The notes under the pieces are model-generated. The model was given only the letters and a program-made list of their open reading frames with translations, was not told the origin of the DNA and ran no database searches. A DNA stretch of 47,624 nucleotides from NCBI GenBank assembly GCA_964584185.1, contig CAZOZB010000017.1, positions 1-47,624 of the forward strand, read 5' to 3'. This document shows, in pieces, positions 22,703 to 31,741 of this stretch; within the stretch, counting starts at the first letter, position 1; every line of letters starts with the position of its first letter. This stretch comes from an uncultured Methylophilaceae bacterium. GTDB lineage: Bacteria; Pseudomonadota; Gammaproteobacteria; Burkholderiales; Methylophilaceae. Both the position numbers and the translations under genes were made by a program.

Positions 22703-23806
22703 TTAAATACGCATTGGCATTACTACGTATTTATAGTTTTCATCTTCTGGCACAGTGACCAAGCAACTGCTGTTGGCATCTGCAAAGGAAAAGACAATTT
22801 GATCCGTGCTTACATTGTTCAGCACATCTATCATATAGGTTACGTTAAAACCGATATCCAGAGTTTCACCGGTATAAGCGACTTCCAACTCTTCTTCCGC
22901 TTCTTCCTGTTCGCTATTGGTGCTGATCAGACGCAGGCTGTTATTGGCCAGTACCATGCGAATACCACGATATTTTTCATTGGATAATATCGATGCACGT
23001 TGCATGGAGAGTAACACGGTCATCCTGTCGATCGTGAATGTATTTTGATGACCGACCGGAATGACACGGTTGTAATCCGGGAATTTTCCATCGATCACTT
23101 TTGTGATCAATCGAATGTCGCCAAATGAAAAATTCACCTGGCCAGGCACGATTTCAACACTGACCTCTTCATCACTATCATCCAGCAACTTGATCAGTTC
23201 GATCACCGTTTTACGTGGCAGTATGAGTTCCTGCTTTTCATAGTTCTGGCTCAGTTCGGTTGAAGTAAAACTCAGCCTGTGGCCGTCAGTGCCGACTACA
23301 TTGAGTCTGTTAGCGCTTACTTCAAACAGAAGACCGTTCAGGTAGTAACGAATATCCTGTTGCGCCATCGCAAATTCAACCTGTTTGAACAGGCGTTTCA
23401 ACGAACCTTGGCTGATAGTGATAATAACAGGCTCGGAACCAGCAGATTTGGTCATCACCGGGTAATCACTCGCCGGTAAGGTTTGCAGGTTAAAGCGGCT
23501 TTTACCGGTTTTAACCTGGATACGGCTATCAGTGGTTGCCATATCAATTTCAGCGTTTTCCGGCAAGGCACGACAGATATCCAACAATTTCTTGGCAGAT
23601 ACTGTTGTCGATAACTCCCCACCTGCAGGACTATTGATTGAAAGTGATATCTGCATTTCCAGATCCGTTGCCGTCAAAACTATTTTATCCTGCTTGGCTT
23701 CCAGCAATAGATTGGAAAGGATCGGGAGTGTATGACGTCTTTCAACAATGCCACTGACTGCTGATAGTGGTTTGAGTAGAGTATCTCTGTTTATTTTGAT
23801 GTTCAT
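22703..23806 (-). CDS. dnaN: DNA polymerase III beta sliding clamp.
   Basis: 367 aa with an ATG start (MNIKINRDTLLKPL). Confidence 0.95.
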   Translation of the reverse strand: MNIKINRDTLLKPLSAVSGIVERRHTLPILSNLLLEAKQDKIVLTATDLEMQISLSINSPAGGELSTTVSAKKLLDICRALPENAEIDMATTDSRIQVKTGKSRFNLQTLPASDYPVMTKSAGSEPVIITISQGSLKRLFKQVEFAMAQQDIRYYLNGLLFEVSANRLNVVGTDGHRLSFTSTELSQNYEKQELILPRKTVIELIKLLDDSDEEVSVEIVPGQVNFSFGDIRLITKVIDGKFPDYNRVIPVGHQNTFTIDRMTVLLSMQRASILSNEKYRGIRMVLANNSLRLISTNSEQEEAEEELEVAYTGETLDIGFNVTYMIDVLNNVSTDQIVFSFADANSSCLVTVPEDENYKYVVMPMRI

Positions 23807-24076
23807 TGTTCTAAAGCCTGCCTAAATGAATAGTTACTTAATAAATAGAATAAGTAATATATAAAACTAATAACAATAGTAATACACAGACAAGCTGTGG
23901 ATATCTTTAATTTTACTAATAAATCAAACACTTATAAATTATTAGCAAGTAGTACAACATTCGTAACTGCTGTGGATGAATTGTTGCTTATTTTAAGCCA
24001 AGTTGCTAAATGCGCATAAACCGCATTTCTATACACAGGCTATCCACCCTTTACCTGTCAGTTTATCCAAATAATA
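23807..24076. promoter_or_regulatory. oriC: AT-rich DnaA-box cluster and candidate oriC/DNA-unwinding element between dnaA and dnaN.
   Basis: The spacer is about 25% GC. It carries these DnaA-box-like 9-mers, each with at most one mismatch to TTATNCACA or its complement: TAATACACA at 23880-23888, TGTGGATAT at 23896-23904, TGTGGATGA at 23971-23979, CTATACACA at 24029-24037 and TTATCCAAA at 24063-24071. CTATCCACC at 24040-24048 is also box-like but has two mismatches. A nearly pure A/T tract of about 140 bp runs across 23818-23960. Confidence 0.5.
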
Positions 24077-25519
24077 TTAACCTCGAATGACCTGTACTAA
24101 AAACGCAATATCGCGTGTGACATTCGGGTCATTCTTACGCAATTGCTCTACTTCATCGCATGCATGCATGACAGTCGTGTGATGGCGGCTGCCAAAGGCT
24201 TCGCCTATCTCAGGGAAGCTGTGATTGGTCAGTTCACGTGATAAAGCCATTGCAATCTGACGCGGCCTGGCAAAGTTGCGCGAACGTTTTTTGCTATACA
24301 TCTCAGCGACTTTGATCTTGTAATAATCGGCTACGGTCTTCTGTATGTTTTCCATTGTGATCTGGCGACCACGCACCGCAATCAGATCCTTCAGTGCTTC
24401 CTTGGCCAGATTTACATCTATGTCATGGCCGGTAAATTTGGCCATCGCTACGATCCGATTAAGTGCGCCTTCCAACTCACGTACGCTTGACCGTACTTGC
24501 TTGGCCACGAAAAAGGCGACATCTTCATGCAGGTCAAACCTTGCAGCTTCCGCTTTTTTCAACAGGATCGCCACGCGCATTTCAAGCTCCGGCGGTTCAA
24601 CTGCAACAGTCAGCCCCCAACTGAAGCGTGTGCGCAGGCGCTCATCGACATCGACGATTTCCTTGGGATAGGTATCACAGGTGATGATGATTTGTTTCTT
24701 GGCTTCGATCAGAGAGTTGAAAGCATAAAAGAACTCTTCCTGGGTACGGCTCTTCTTGGCGAAGAATTGAATATCGTCGATCAGCAGTAGATCCAGGGAA
24801 TGATATTGGCGTTTGAATTCATCGAATGCTTTGTGCTCGTAGGCTTTTACCACATCCGAGACGTAACGTTCCGCATGCAGATATCGCACCTTGGCATCAG
24901 GGTTCTGCTGCTTGAGGTGATTGCCAATAGCCTGTAATAGATGGGTTTTACCTAACCCCACCCCACCATAGATGAAAAGCGGATTGTAGGCGGTGCCAGG
25001 GTTCTCGGCTACCTGCAAAGCGGCAGCGCGGGCCAATTGATTGGCTTTGCCGGTAACAAAATTATCGAAGTTGAAGCTGGCATTGAGGCCACACAGTTCG
25101 CTATCGGTTTTGGCTTTCTTTGCAGGCTTATGTGCAGGTGTACTGGCAACCACAGCGGCAATTTTGCTGCTGATTTCAGCGTCAAATTTATTCGCTACCT
25201 GGGTTTGATTCTTTACAACGGTTTTTTCTTTCAGCCCGATGTTTTGATTCTGAGGAAGATGGCCATTCGCTGCAGGTTCAGGTTTACTTGAAACGGCCAG
25301 TTCGATGTCGATAGGATGAGCGGCAATTTCTTCCGCAATCAATTTGATGCGATCGAGGAAGCGGTCTTTAACCCACTGCATGACAAAACGGTTGGGCGCA
25401 AGCAGGCGCCATGTGCCGTCGTTTGCCTCACATTGTAATGGTTTGATCCAGGTATTGAATTGCTGCGCGGATAGCTCTTGCTGAAAACGCCCCAGACAAA
25501 TAGACCAAAAGTTATCCAT
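24077..25519 (-). CDS. dnaA: Chromosomal replication initiator protein DnaA.
   Basis: 480 aa with the AAA+ Walker A motif GGVGLGKTHL and a C-terminal DnaA-box-binding domain. Confidence 0.97.
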   Translation of the reverse strand: MDNFWSICLGRFQQELSAQQFNTWIKPLQCEANDGTWRLLAPNRFVMQWVKDRFLDRIKLIAEEIAAHPIDIELAVSSKPEPAANGHLPQNQNIGLKEKTVVKNQTQVANKFDAEISSKIAAVVASTPAHKPAKKAKTDSELCGLNASFNFDNFVTGKANQLARAAALQVAENPGTAYNPLFIYGGVGLGKTHLLQAIGNHLKQQNPDAKVRYLHAERYVSDVVKAYEHKAFDEFKRQYHSLDLLLIDDIQFFAKKSRTQEEFFYAFNSLIEAKKQIIITCDTYPKEIVDVDERLRTRFSWGLTVAVEPPELEMRVAILLKKAEAARFDLHEDVAFFVAKQVRSSVRELEGALNRIVAMAKFTGHDIDVNLAKEALKDLIAVRGRQITMENIQKTVADYYKIKVAEMYSKKRSRNFARPRQIAMALSRELTNHSFPEIGEAFGSRHHTTVMHACDEVEQLRKNDPNVTRDIAFLVQVIRG

Positions 25520-25744
25520 CGGTTGCCCGATACCTCATGTAGTGAAGAATGGTGTTAGCCCTATGTTTTATCAATTTTATTTGGGATTCCCTGCCAGCTG
25601 GTTTACGCCTTGTGATGCTTAAGCTTTGGCTCTGGGCTTGAGTTTTGGGCTACTCATTGATGAACAAAGCTTTAAGTCTGGCGCTGATTATTATGGCATC
25701 GGGTCAGCTATAATGTGAACACATTTTAGCCTGATTATTCGAAC

Positions 25745-25753
25745 TTATCCACA
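25745..25753 (+). promoter_or_regulatory. Perfect consensus DnaA box.
   Basis: TTATCCACA lies about 225 bp upstream of the dnaA start and about 35 bp upstream of the rpmH -35 element. Confidence 0.6.
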
Positions 25754-25786
25754 GCGTTTATTGTAGATTCACAAACTAAATAAACA

Positions 25787-25816
25787 TTGACAAAACAAGG
25801 GTAAATCGTGTTAAAT
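25787..25816 (+). promoter_or_regulatory. Putative sigma-70 promoter of rpmH.
   Basis: -35 TTGACA at 25787-25792. A 17-18 bp spacer follows, then an extended -10 TGtTTAAAT at 25808-25816. The rpmH start lies about 45 bp downstream. Confidence 0.4.
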
Positions 25817-25860
25817 CGCGGTCTTGTTAAGAAATATAGAGAAGTTACCGGAGATTTGTA

Positions 25861-25995
25861 ATGAAACGTACCTACCAACCATCTAAAGTTCGCCGTGCAC
25901 GTACTCACGGTTTCCTGGTGCGCATGAAGACCCGTGGCGGTCGCGCAGTGATTGCAGCACGTCGTGCCAAAGGCCGTGCGCGTCTAGCTGTTTAG
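25861..25995 (+). CDS. rpmH: 50S ribosomal protein L34.
   Basis: 44 aa: [44 protein letters not shown]. It is below the 60-aa cut-off of the ORF track and was found by manual translation. A GGAG Shine-Dalgarno lies upstream. Confidence 0.9.
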   Translation: MKRTYQPSKVRRARTHGFLVRMKTRGGRAVIAARRAKGRARLAV

Positions 25996-26030
25996 TCTAG
26001 CTAGTAAATAGACAGGCGCTGACCCTCGGT

Positions 26031-26423
26031 TTGAACAACCAAGGTTTTCCTCGCCAAGCCAGAATTATAAAAACGGATGATTTTTCATCCGTTTTTAGTT
26101 TCCGCAAGCGTGTTTCTGGTCATTTTCTTGCCATACACTACCAGCAGAATCAATGCGGTAAAGCCAGACTGGGTATGGTTGTAGCCAAAAAGATAGCGAA
26201 GCGTTCGGTTGATCGTAATTACATGCGGCGTGTTCTGAGGGAGTTCTTCAGAAAACAGCAATTCCAGATCGGAAGTCTGGATTTGGTGGTTAGAGTGTTG
26301 AAAACCTTTAAACATCAGGATGTCGAGAAGGTTGATCAAGAGTTTTCCGAGTTGCTGTTTCGATTAAGGCGGGTAACCCAAAAAGATATCCCGCTTACCC
26401 AGGTTGAGCCACATCATGCCTAA
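26031..26423 (+). CDS. rnpA: Ribonuclease P protein component.
   Basis: 130 aa. The N-terminus QGFPRQARIIKTDDFSSVF aligns with the E. coli RnpA N-terminus. The apparent start is a TTG at 26031, with no in-frame ATG nearby. Confidence 0.8.
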   Translation: MNNQGFPRQARIIKTDDFSSVFSFRKRVSGHFLAIHYQQNQCGKARLGMVVAKKIAKRSVDRNYMRRVLREFFRKQQFQIGSLDLVVRVLKTFKHQDVEKVDQEFSELLFRLRRVTQKDIPLTQVEPHHA

Positions 26424-26667
26424 GCTACCTAATTCTGAACTGTCGGTTTCCGGTATTCCAAAGCGCTTGCTGGTGGGCTTGATCAGAATTTACCAGATAG
26501 CCTTAAGCCCGTATTTCGGGCAACAATGCCGGTTCAGCCCTACCTGTTCCCAGTACGGGATTGAAGCTATCAATAAATATGGCGCAATCAAGGGTGTAGC
26601 GTATACCATACGTCGTTTATCACGCTGCCACCCTTGGCATGATGGCGGCCATGATCCGGTGCCTTAA
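26416..26667 (+). CDS. yidD: Membrane protein insertion efficiency factor YidD.
   Basis: Contains the YidD signature YQ…SP…C(R/K)F.PTCS.Y…A…G (LIRIYQIALSPYFGQQCRFSPTCSQYGIEAI). The start is taken at ATG 26416. The ORF track begins at TTG 26404. The gene overlaps the end of rnpA. Confidence 0.8.
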   Translation: MPKLPNSELSVSGIPKRLLVGLIRIYQIALSPYFGQQCRFSPTCSQYGIEAINKYGAIKGVAYTIRRLSRCHPWHDGGHDPVP

Positions 26668-26708
26668 ACCTAATTATTTCAATGTTAATAAAGTAGATAG
26701 ACAATTCA

Positions 26709-28355
26709 ATGGATACTAAGCGGCTGATTCTATTTGTTATTTTCTCTTTTTCTGTGCTTATGCTATGGGATTCCTGGCAAAAGCATAATGTGCCGGAACC
26801 AGTAGCGGCAACTGCTGAACAGCAGGATGCAAGTATTCCACAGGCGACCAAATCAGACTTGCCTGTTGCAACAAGCCAGGCGGATTTGCCGCAAACCGGC
26901 GGGTTCAAGCTGGAAAAAGGTCAGCGTATCAGGATAGAAACCGACCTTTATCAGGGCGAGATAGATTCAATCGGCGGTGACCTGCGCAAACTGGCGCTTC
27001 TGGAGCATCGTGCGGACGACAACGTAAGCGATTTTGTATTACTTGATGATGAGGCCTCACCATTATTGTATGTGGCCCAAACCGGCTTGATCGGTAACGA
27101 GCTGCCTACGCATCGCTCCGTATTTACCAGCGTAAGCGATAGCTACAAGATGGCTGACGGCACTGATAAATTGGAAGTGCGCCTGAGCTGGACCAATGAT
27201 GCGGGTTTGCAGGTAGATAAGATATACACGTTTAATCGCGGTAGTTATGCCATCGGCGTGACCTACCAGGTGGTCAATAACACAGCTGTAGCGGTAAGCC
27301 CGTCTGTTTACTATCAGATATTGCATGATAGCCAATCCAACCAGGGCTCTTTCATGATGCCTACCTTTACTGGCGGCGCTTACTTTACCGATGCTGATAA
27401 GTTCAAGAAAATCAGTTTCTCGGACATGGCCAAGAGCAACCTCTCCAAGAATACCAAAGATGGCTGGGTGGCCCTGGTGCAACATTACTTCCTGGGTGCC
27501 TGGATTCCGCAAGAAGGCATCACACGTGAGTTCTATACCAAGCAACTTTCTGGCGATATCTACTCTATTGGCAGCGTCAGCCCTATGGGTGAAATAGCCC
27601 CGGGTGCAACTGCAGAGTTACCAGCAAGGCTTTATGCCGGACCGCAGACGCAATCGCAATTGAAGGCTGTAGCGCCTGGCCTTGAATATGCGGTGGATTA
27701 TGGTTGGCTGACGATTATTGCTGCGCCACTGTTCTGGGTGCTGTCGGCAATCCAGAAGATTGTGAACAACTGGGGTGTTGCCATCATCCTGCTGACCGTA
27801 TTGATCAAACTTGCGTTCTACCCGCTTTCTGCTGCCAGCTATCGCTCGATGGCGCATCTTCGCGAATTGACACCGCGCCTGCAAAGCATGAAAGAAAAGT
27901 TTGGCGATGATCGCCAGAAGATGCAGCAAGCCATGATGGAGCTTTATAAGACCGAGAAAATCAACCCGCTCGGTGGCTGCTTGCCCATTCTGGTTCAGAT
28001 TCCTGTGTTTATTGCGCTTTATTGGGTACTGCTCGGCAGTGTGGAAATGCGCCATGCGCCGTTTATGTTGTGGATTCAGGACTTGTCAGCGACAGATCCG
28101 TATTTCGTGCTGCCTATTCTGATGGGTCTGACCATGATCATTCAGACCAGGTTGAACCCGACACCGACGGACCCGATCCAGGCCAAGGTCATGATGATCA
28201 TGCCTGTCGTGTTCAGTGTGTTCTTCTTCTTCTTCCCTGCCGGTCTGGTGCTCTACTGGTTGGTGAACAACATTCTCTCCATTGCTCAGCAGTGGCATAT
28301 CAACCGTGCAACAGAGCGTGCGACAGCCGAAAAGAAGAAGCTGGGTAAACGCTAG
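26709..28355 (+). CDS. yidC: Membrane protein insertase YidC.
   Basis: 548 aa with an N-terminal transmembrane helix, a large periplasmic domain and a conserved C-terminal five-transmembrane core with a basic tail. Confidence 0.95.
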   Translation: MDTKRLILFVIFSFSVLMLWDSWQKHNVPEPVAATAEQQDASIPQATKSDLPVATSQADLPQTGGFKLEKGQRIRIETDLYQGEIDSIGGDLRKLALLEHRADDNVSDFVLLDDEASPLLYVAQTGLIGNELPTHRSVFTSVSDSYKMADGTDKLEVRLSWTNDAGLQVDKIYTFNRGSYAIGVTYQVVNNTAVAVSPSVYYQILHDSQSNQGSFMMPTFTGGAYFTDADKFKKISFSDMAKSNLSKNTKDGWVALVQHYFLGAWIPQEGITREFYTKQLSGDIYSIGSVSPMGEIAPGATAELPARLYAGPQTQSQLKAVAPGLEYAVDYGWLTIIAAPLFWVLSAIQKIVNNWGVAIILLTVLIKLAFYPLSAASYRSMAHLRELTPRLQSMKEKFGDDRQKMQQAMMELYKTEKINPLGGCLPILVQIPVFIALYWVLLGSVEMRHAPFMLWIQDLSATDPYFVLPILMGLTMIIQTRLNPTPTDPIQAKVMMIMPVVFSVFFFFFPAGLVLYWLVNNILSIAQQWHINRATERATAEKKKLGKR

Positions 28356-28362
28356 TTAATCT

Positions 28363-28383
28363 GCGCCAGCCTTCCGTGCTGGC
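28363..28383 (+). terminator. Weak hairpin, possible partial terminator, between yidC and mnmE.
   Basis: CGCCAGC-CTTCCGT-GCTGGCG followed by TATTTCCTTTAGGTTT, an interrupted T-run. It is probably only a partial terminator. Confidence 0.3.
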
Positions 28384-28403
28384 GTATTTCCTTTAGGTTT
28401 CAT

Positions 28404-29750
28404 ATGAAAGCTGAAGCAGCCGAAACAATCGCAGCGATTGCCACCGCCCCGGGTTCTGGGGGCATAGGCATCGTGCGTGTCTCCGGGCCTGTTTCTAAAG
28501 CGATTGCCGAGGGTATCCTCGGTCATTGCCCTCCTCCTCGTCATGCAGCTTATCTGGATTTTAATGATAGCGATGGCAGCCTGATCGATCGCGGTATCGC
28601 TATCTATTACGCCGCGCCAAATTCCTATACCGGCGAAGACGTGCTGGAGCTGCAAGCACATGGTGGCCCTGCCCTTATGCAGATTCTGCTTGCGCGCTGT
28701 GTGGCGCTTGGTGCAAGGCAGGCTGCCCCTGGTGAGTTCACAAGGCGTGCATATCTTAACGACAAGCTGGACCTTGCGCAGGCGGAGGCTGTGGTGGATG
28801 TGATCAATGCTTCTACCGAAGCCGCGGCCAGAAGCGCGGTACGATCGTTGTCTGGCGAGTTTTCAAGTCATATTCAGGCCTTGCTTGGCAGAATCATAGA
28901 GCTGCGCATGTATGTTGAAGCCTGCCTTGATTTTCCGGAGGAAGAGATAGATTTCATTACCCAGGGCCGGGTTGGTGAAAAGCTATCGATAATCCAACTT
29001 GAGCTCTCTTCCGTTTTTAAAAGCGCCAAACAGGGCAATCTGCTGCGAGAAGGCATACAAGTTGTATTGATCGGACAGCCGAATGTAGGCAAGTCCAGTT
29101 TGATGAATCAGCTTGCCGGCGAAGAGGTCGCGATAGTGACTTCAATCGCGGGCACAACCCGGGATGTAATTAAAAGCGCTATCCAGATCGATGGTGTGCC
29201 TTTGCACATTATTGATACCGCAGGTTTGCGTGAAACTACCGATGAAGTAGAAAAGCAGGGAATAGTTAGAACTTGGCGAGCTCTAGAAAACGCCGATGTC
29301 GCATTATTATTGGTCGATGCAGCCCATGGTATAGGCGAGACGGAAAAATCGATTTTGGAGCGCTTGCCAGCAGTTTTACCGAAAATATGGATACACAATA
29401 AAATTGATTTGAGCGCAGAAGCTCCTAAAAAGACGCTCATCAATCAGGAGACGCACATTTATCTTTCAGCCAAGCATGGACAAGGTCTGGAATTGCTTCG
29501 TGAACATCTTCTGAGTCTGGCGGGCTGGCAACCTGGCGGTGAAGGTGTATTCATGGCACGCACACGGCATTTGGATGCACTTGCCCAGGTTGGGCAGCAT
29601 TTGGGTAGTGCCATAGGCTTGCTTGGACAAGCCGAGCTAGTGGCCGAGGAGCTCAAATTGGCCCAGGAAGCATTGAGTCAAATCACTGGAGAGTTTACGC
29701 CTGACGATTTGCTTGGCGAGATATTCTCTAAATTCTGCATCGGAAAGTAG
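28404..29750 (+). CDS. mnmE: tRNA modification GTPase MnmE (TrmE).
   Basis: 448 aa with a central G domain ([16 protein letters not shown]) and the C-terminal CIGK motif. Confidence 0.95.
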   Translation: MKAEAAETIAAIATAPGSGGIGIVRVSGPVSKAIAEGILGHCPPPRHAAYLDFNDSDGSLIDRGIAIYYAAPNSYTGEDVLELQAHGGPALMQILLARCVALGARQAAPGEFTRRAYLNDKLDLAQAEAVVDVINASTEAAARSAVRSLSGEFSSHIQALLGRIIELRMYVEACLDFPEEEIDFITQGRVGEKLSIIQLELSSVFKSAKQGNLLREGIQVVLIGQPNVGKSSLMNQLAGEEVAIVTSIAGTTRDVIKSAIQIDGVPLHIIDTAGLRETTDEVEKQGIVRTWRALENADVALLLVDAAHGIGETEKSILERLPAVLPKIWIHNKIDLSAEAPKKTLINQETHIYLSAKHGQGLELLREHLLSLAGWQPGGEGVFMARTRHLDALAQVGQHLGSAIGLLGQAELVAEELKLAQEALSQITGEFTPDDLLGEIFSKFCIGK

Positions 29751-29809
29751 CCACAAAAAAGCCTGCCAGCTAAAGTAGCATGACAGGCTGATTTATAGAA
29801 TGCAGATAA

Positions 29810-30145
29810 TTAAGCAGTAAGGTCTGCAGTGTCTGCATCGGGCGCATTTTTTATTACGGAAGCAATGCCATTGTCCCGACTGGCGACAGACTCATACATT
29901 TGACTTTGCCCGATGACCTGATGGTTGGCGGCTTTAAGCACGAAGTATGGTTTGCCATTCGATGAGGTCAAGCGATCAAAATTCGATTCGGTGCCGCCAT
30001 TCTTTTTGATTGACGCAATGCCATTTTCCGCACTGGCTTTAGCTTTATACATCTCACTGCTCATAATAATTTGGCCGTTTCCAGCTAAAAGATTGAAGTA
30101 ATAGTCCCCATTTTTCGCAAGTTTCAGTTCAAATTTTCCGGCCAT
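29810..30145 (-). CDS. YegP/UPF0339 (DUF1508) tandem-repeat protein.
   Basis: 111 aa made of two ~50-aa repeats of the DUF1508 motif (…NGQIIMSSEMYKAKASAENGIASIKKN… and …NHQVIGQSQMYESVASRDNGIASVIKN…). Confidence 0.8.
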   Translation of the reverse strand: MAGKFELKLAKNGDYYFNLLAGNGQIIMSSEMYKAKASAENGIASIKKNGGTESNFDRLTSSNGKPYFVLKAANHQVIGQSQMYESVASRDNGIASVIKNAPDADTADLTA

Positions 30146-30268
30146 TTTGGACTCCTTGATAAGTTATTCTGAGAGAAAACCCTGTTTGCATCGACTGCGT
30201 ATCGATTTATGTCAGCAAAGTGGAATCTAGTCAATAATTGTTAACAAAAATAGAATTCTCTGCAGATA

Positions 30269-30284
30269 TGTTTCACGTGAAACA
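30269..30284. promoter_or_regulatory. parS: parS centromere site.
   Basis: TGTTTCACGTGAAACA is a perfect match. It is embedded in an 18-bp perfect palindrome, ATGTTTCACGTGAAACAT, at 30268-30285. It lies between the cytochrome b561 stop and the YegP-like gene start. Confidence 0.8.
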
Positions 30285-30292
30285 TAGGGGAA

Positions 30293-30931
30293 TCAATTCA
30301 GGCTGTCTTTATTCCAATAGCTTTTCTCAGTACGTCTGGAGCTGCGCTTGCAGCCTGTGATCATCGCCTTGATCAGGTTGTCCCGATGCAGGATGCTTTC
30401 AGCGATGACGCCAAGCACATGAATGACGACTAAAATCATCCAGGCCCATGACGAGTAGTAATGCAGAGATGCAAGGTAACCGGGATCGTCGAATAACCAG
30501 CCATCGTTATATACCAGGTATCCAGAAACAACCGTAGTTAAACCGCAAAAAAGCATGGTGTAGATAATGACGGAACCGGCGGGGTTGTGGCCGATGAATC
30601 GTCTGCCACGGCCGTGGAGGAAGCGCCAGAGATATTTGGCGGCGTGAATGGGGTTCAGGGGAAAGGCATGAAAACTCGCATAACGAGTTTTCATGAAGCC
30701 CCAAATGATACGTGCCAGCAGCAACCCGGCGACTACATAGCCGGCATTGACGTGAATCAGCCTATCCCACTCGGATTCGCGGTAATAAAAGGCAACTGAA
30801 AAAGCGACAACCAAAGACCAATGGAAGATTCTGACAAAGAGGTCCCAGACATATTTTTCTGACAGATCTTCCTCGGCTTGACCTGTTTCTGCTTCCTTTG
30901 CTTGTGCTTGTTCTATTCGGCTTTCTGCCAT
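30293..30931 (-). CDS. Cytochrome b561 / Ni-hydrogenase-type b cytochrome family membrane protein.
   Basis: 212 aa with four predicted transmembrane helices carrying conserved His residues (HW…H…H…H pattern). Confidence 0.8.
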   Translation of the reverse strand: MAESRIEQAQAKEAETGQAEEDLSEKYVWDLFVRIFHWSLVVAFSVAFYYRESEWDRLIHVNAGYVVAGLLLARIIWGFMKTRYASFHAFPLNPIHAAKYLWRFLHGRGRRFIGHNPAGSVIIYTMLFCGLTTVVSGYLVYNDGWLFDDPGYLASLHYYSSWAWMILVVIHVLGVIAESILHRDNLIKAMITGCKRSSRRTEKSYWNKDSLN

Positions 30932-30951
30932 CTTGCGAAGAGTGATTCTGC

Positions 30952-31374
30952 TTACTTAATGCTCAATAAATAGGTAATGAAATTACCTTTCTCTTGTGCG
31001 GAGCAATCGCGGCCAATGACATCGTTGCAATGGTCAGTGAATTCCTTTTCTACCTTTTCAGTGTCTGAAAAGCGCTTGGGATTGGCAGATGGCGCAAGGG
31101 GGCGAATGGGCTTGCCAGTCACAATGTGTTTGCCGGTATCTGCCGGGTTGGCAGTATGGCAGGAGGCGCAAGCCACTTGCTGGCCCTTAACCGTGATCTC
31201 GCGATTGAAGAATGCCTTGCCATCACTTGCCGAAAGGCCGGTAGAGCTAGGAGTTATGTGTTTGGCGATGGAGGCATATTTGTCTGCCAGTTTTTCTGCG
31301 CTGGCAACATCTGCTTGTGCTGACATACTGGCAAAAGCGAATAAAAGACTCAGTACGATTTTGCTGGATTTCAT
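30952..31374 (-). CDS. Small periplasmic mono-heme c-type cytochrome (DUF1924-like).
   Basis: 140 aa with a signal peptide and a single heme-binding CASCH motif. It lies 20 bp upstream of the b561 gene, a pairing that is known for DUF1924 proteins. Confidence 0.65.
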   Translation of the reverse strand: MKSSKIVLSLLFAFASMSAQADVASAEKLADKYASIAKHITPSSTGLSASDGKAFFNREITVKGQQVACASCHTANPADTGKHIVTGKPIRPLAPSANPKRFSDTEKVEKEFTDHCNDVIGRDCSAQEKGNFITYLLSIK

Positions 31375-31568
31375 GGTGAAGCTCCTTGCTGATTTAAGAA
31401 AACGGAAAAGTGTTGTGTCAGCCTAACTGCCGCGTGACTTGGGGTTAATCAAGGTTAAGCGAATTATGTGCCAGGTTTGTTAATGAATTATGTAAGAAAA
31501 GTAATAATTAAAAGATAATTGGTAACAATCCCAATATTTATGCGCGATTTCGCGTATTTTTGACAAAA

Positions 31569-31584
31569 AGTTTCACGTGAAACA
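31569..31584. promoter_or_regulatory. parS: parS centromere site (one mismatch).
   Basis: AGTTTCACGTGAAACA has a 14-bp perfect palindromic core (GTTTCACGTGAAAC) and one mismatch at position 1. It lies in the divergent intergenic region between the cytochrome c gene and mnmG. Confidence 0.7.
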
Positions 31585-31741
31585 TTGATTGAAGCATGAC
31601 GTAAGCTTTTGTTTGCAGTAAGATGCACAACTTGCTTAACAGATGAAACGTGCAGAATATTTCGTGTGATTTATCGATCTGGAATCCTTATTCAACAAGG
31701 GCTCCAGCTGGTTTTTAGATAAGTTTCAGAAAATCTCCAAA

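Noticed and set aside
25711-25719. A second DnaA box, TGTGAACAC, upstream of dnaA.
   Set aside because: It has three or more mismatches to TGTGNATAA. Only the box at 25745-25753 is convincing in this spacer.
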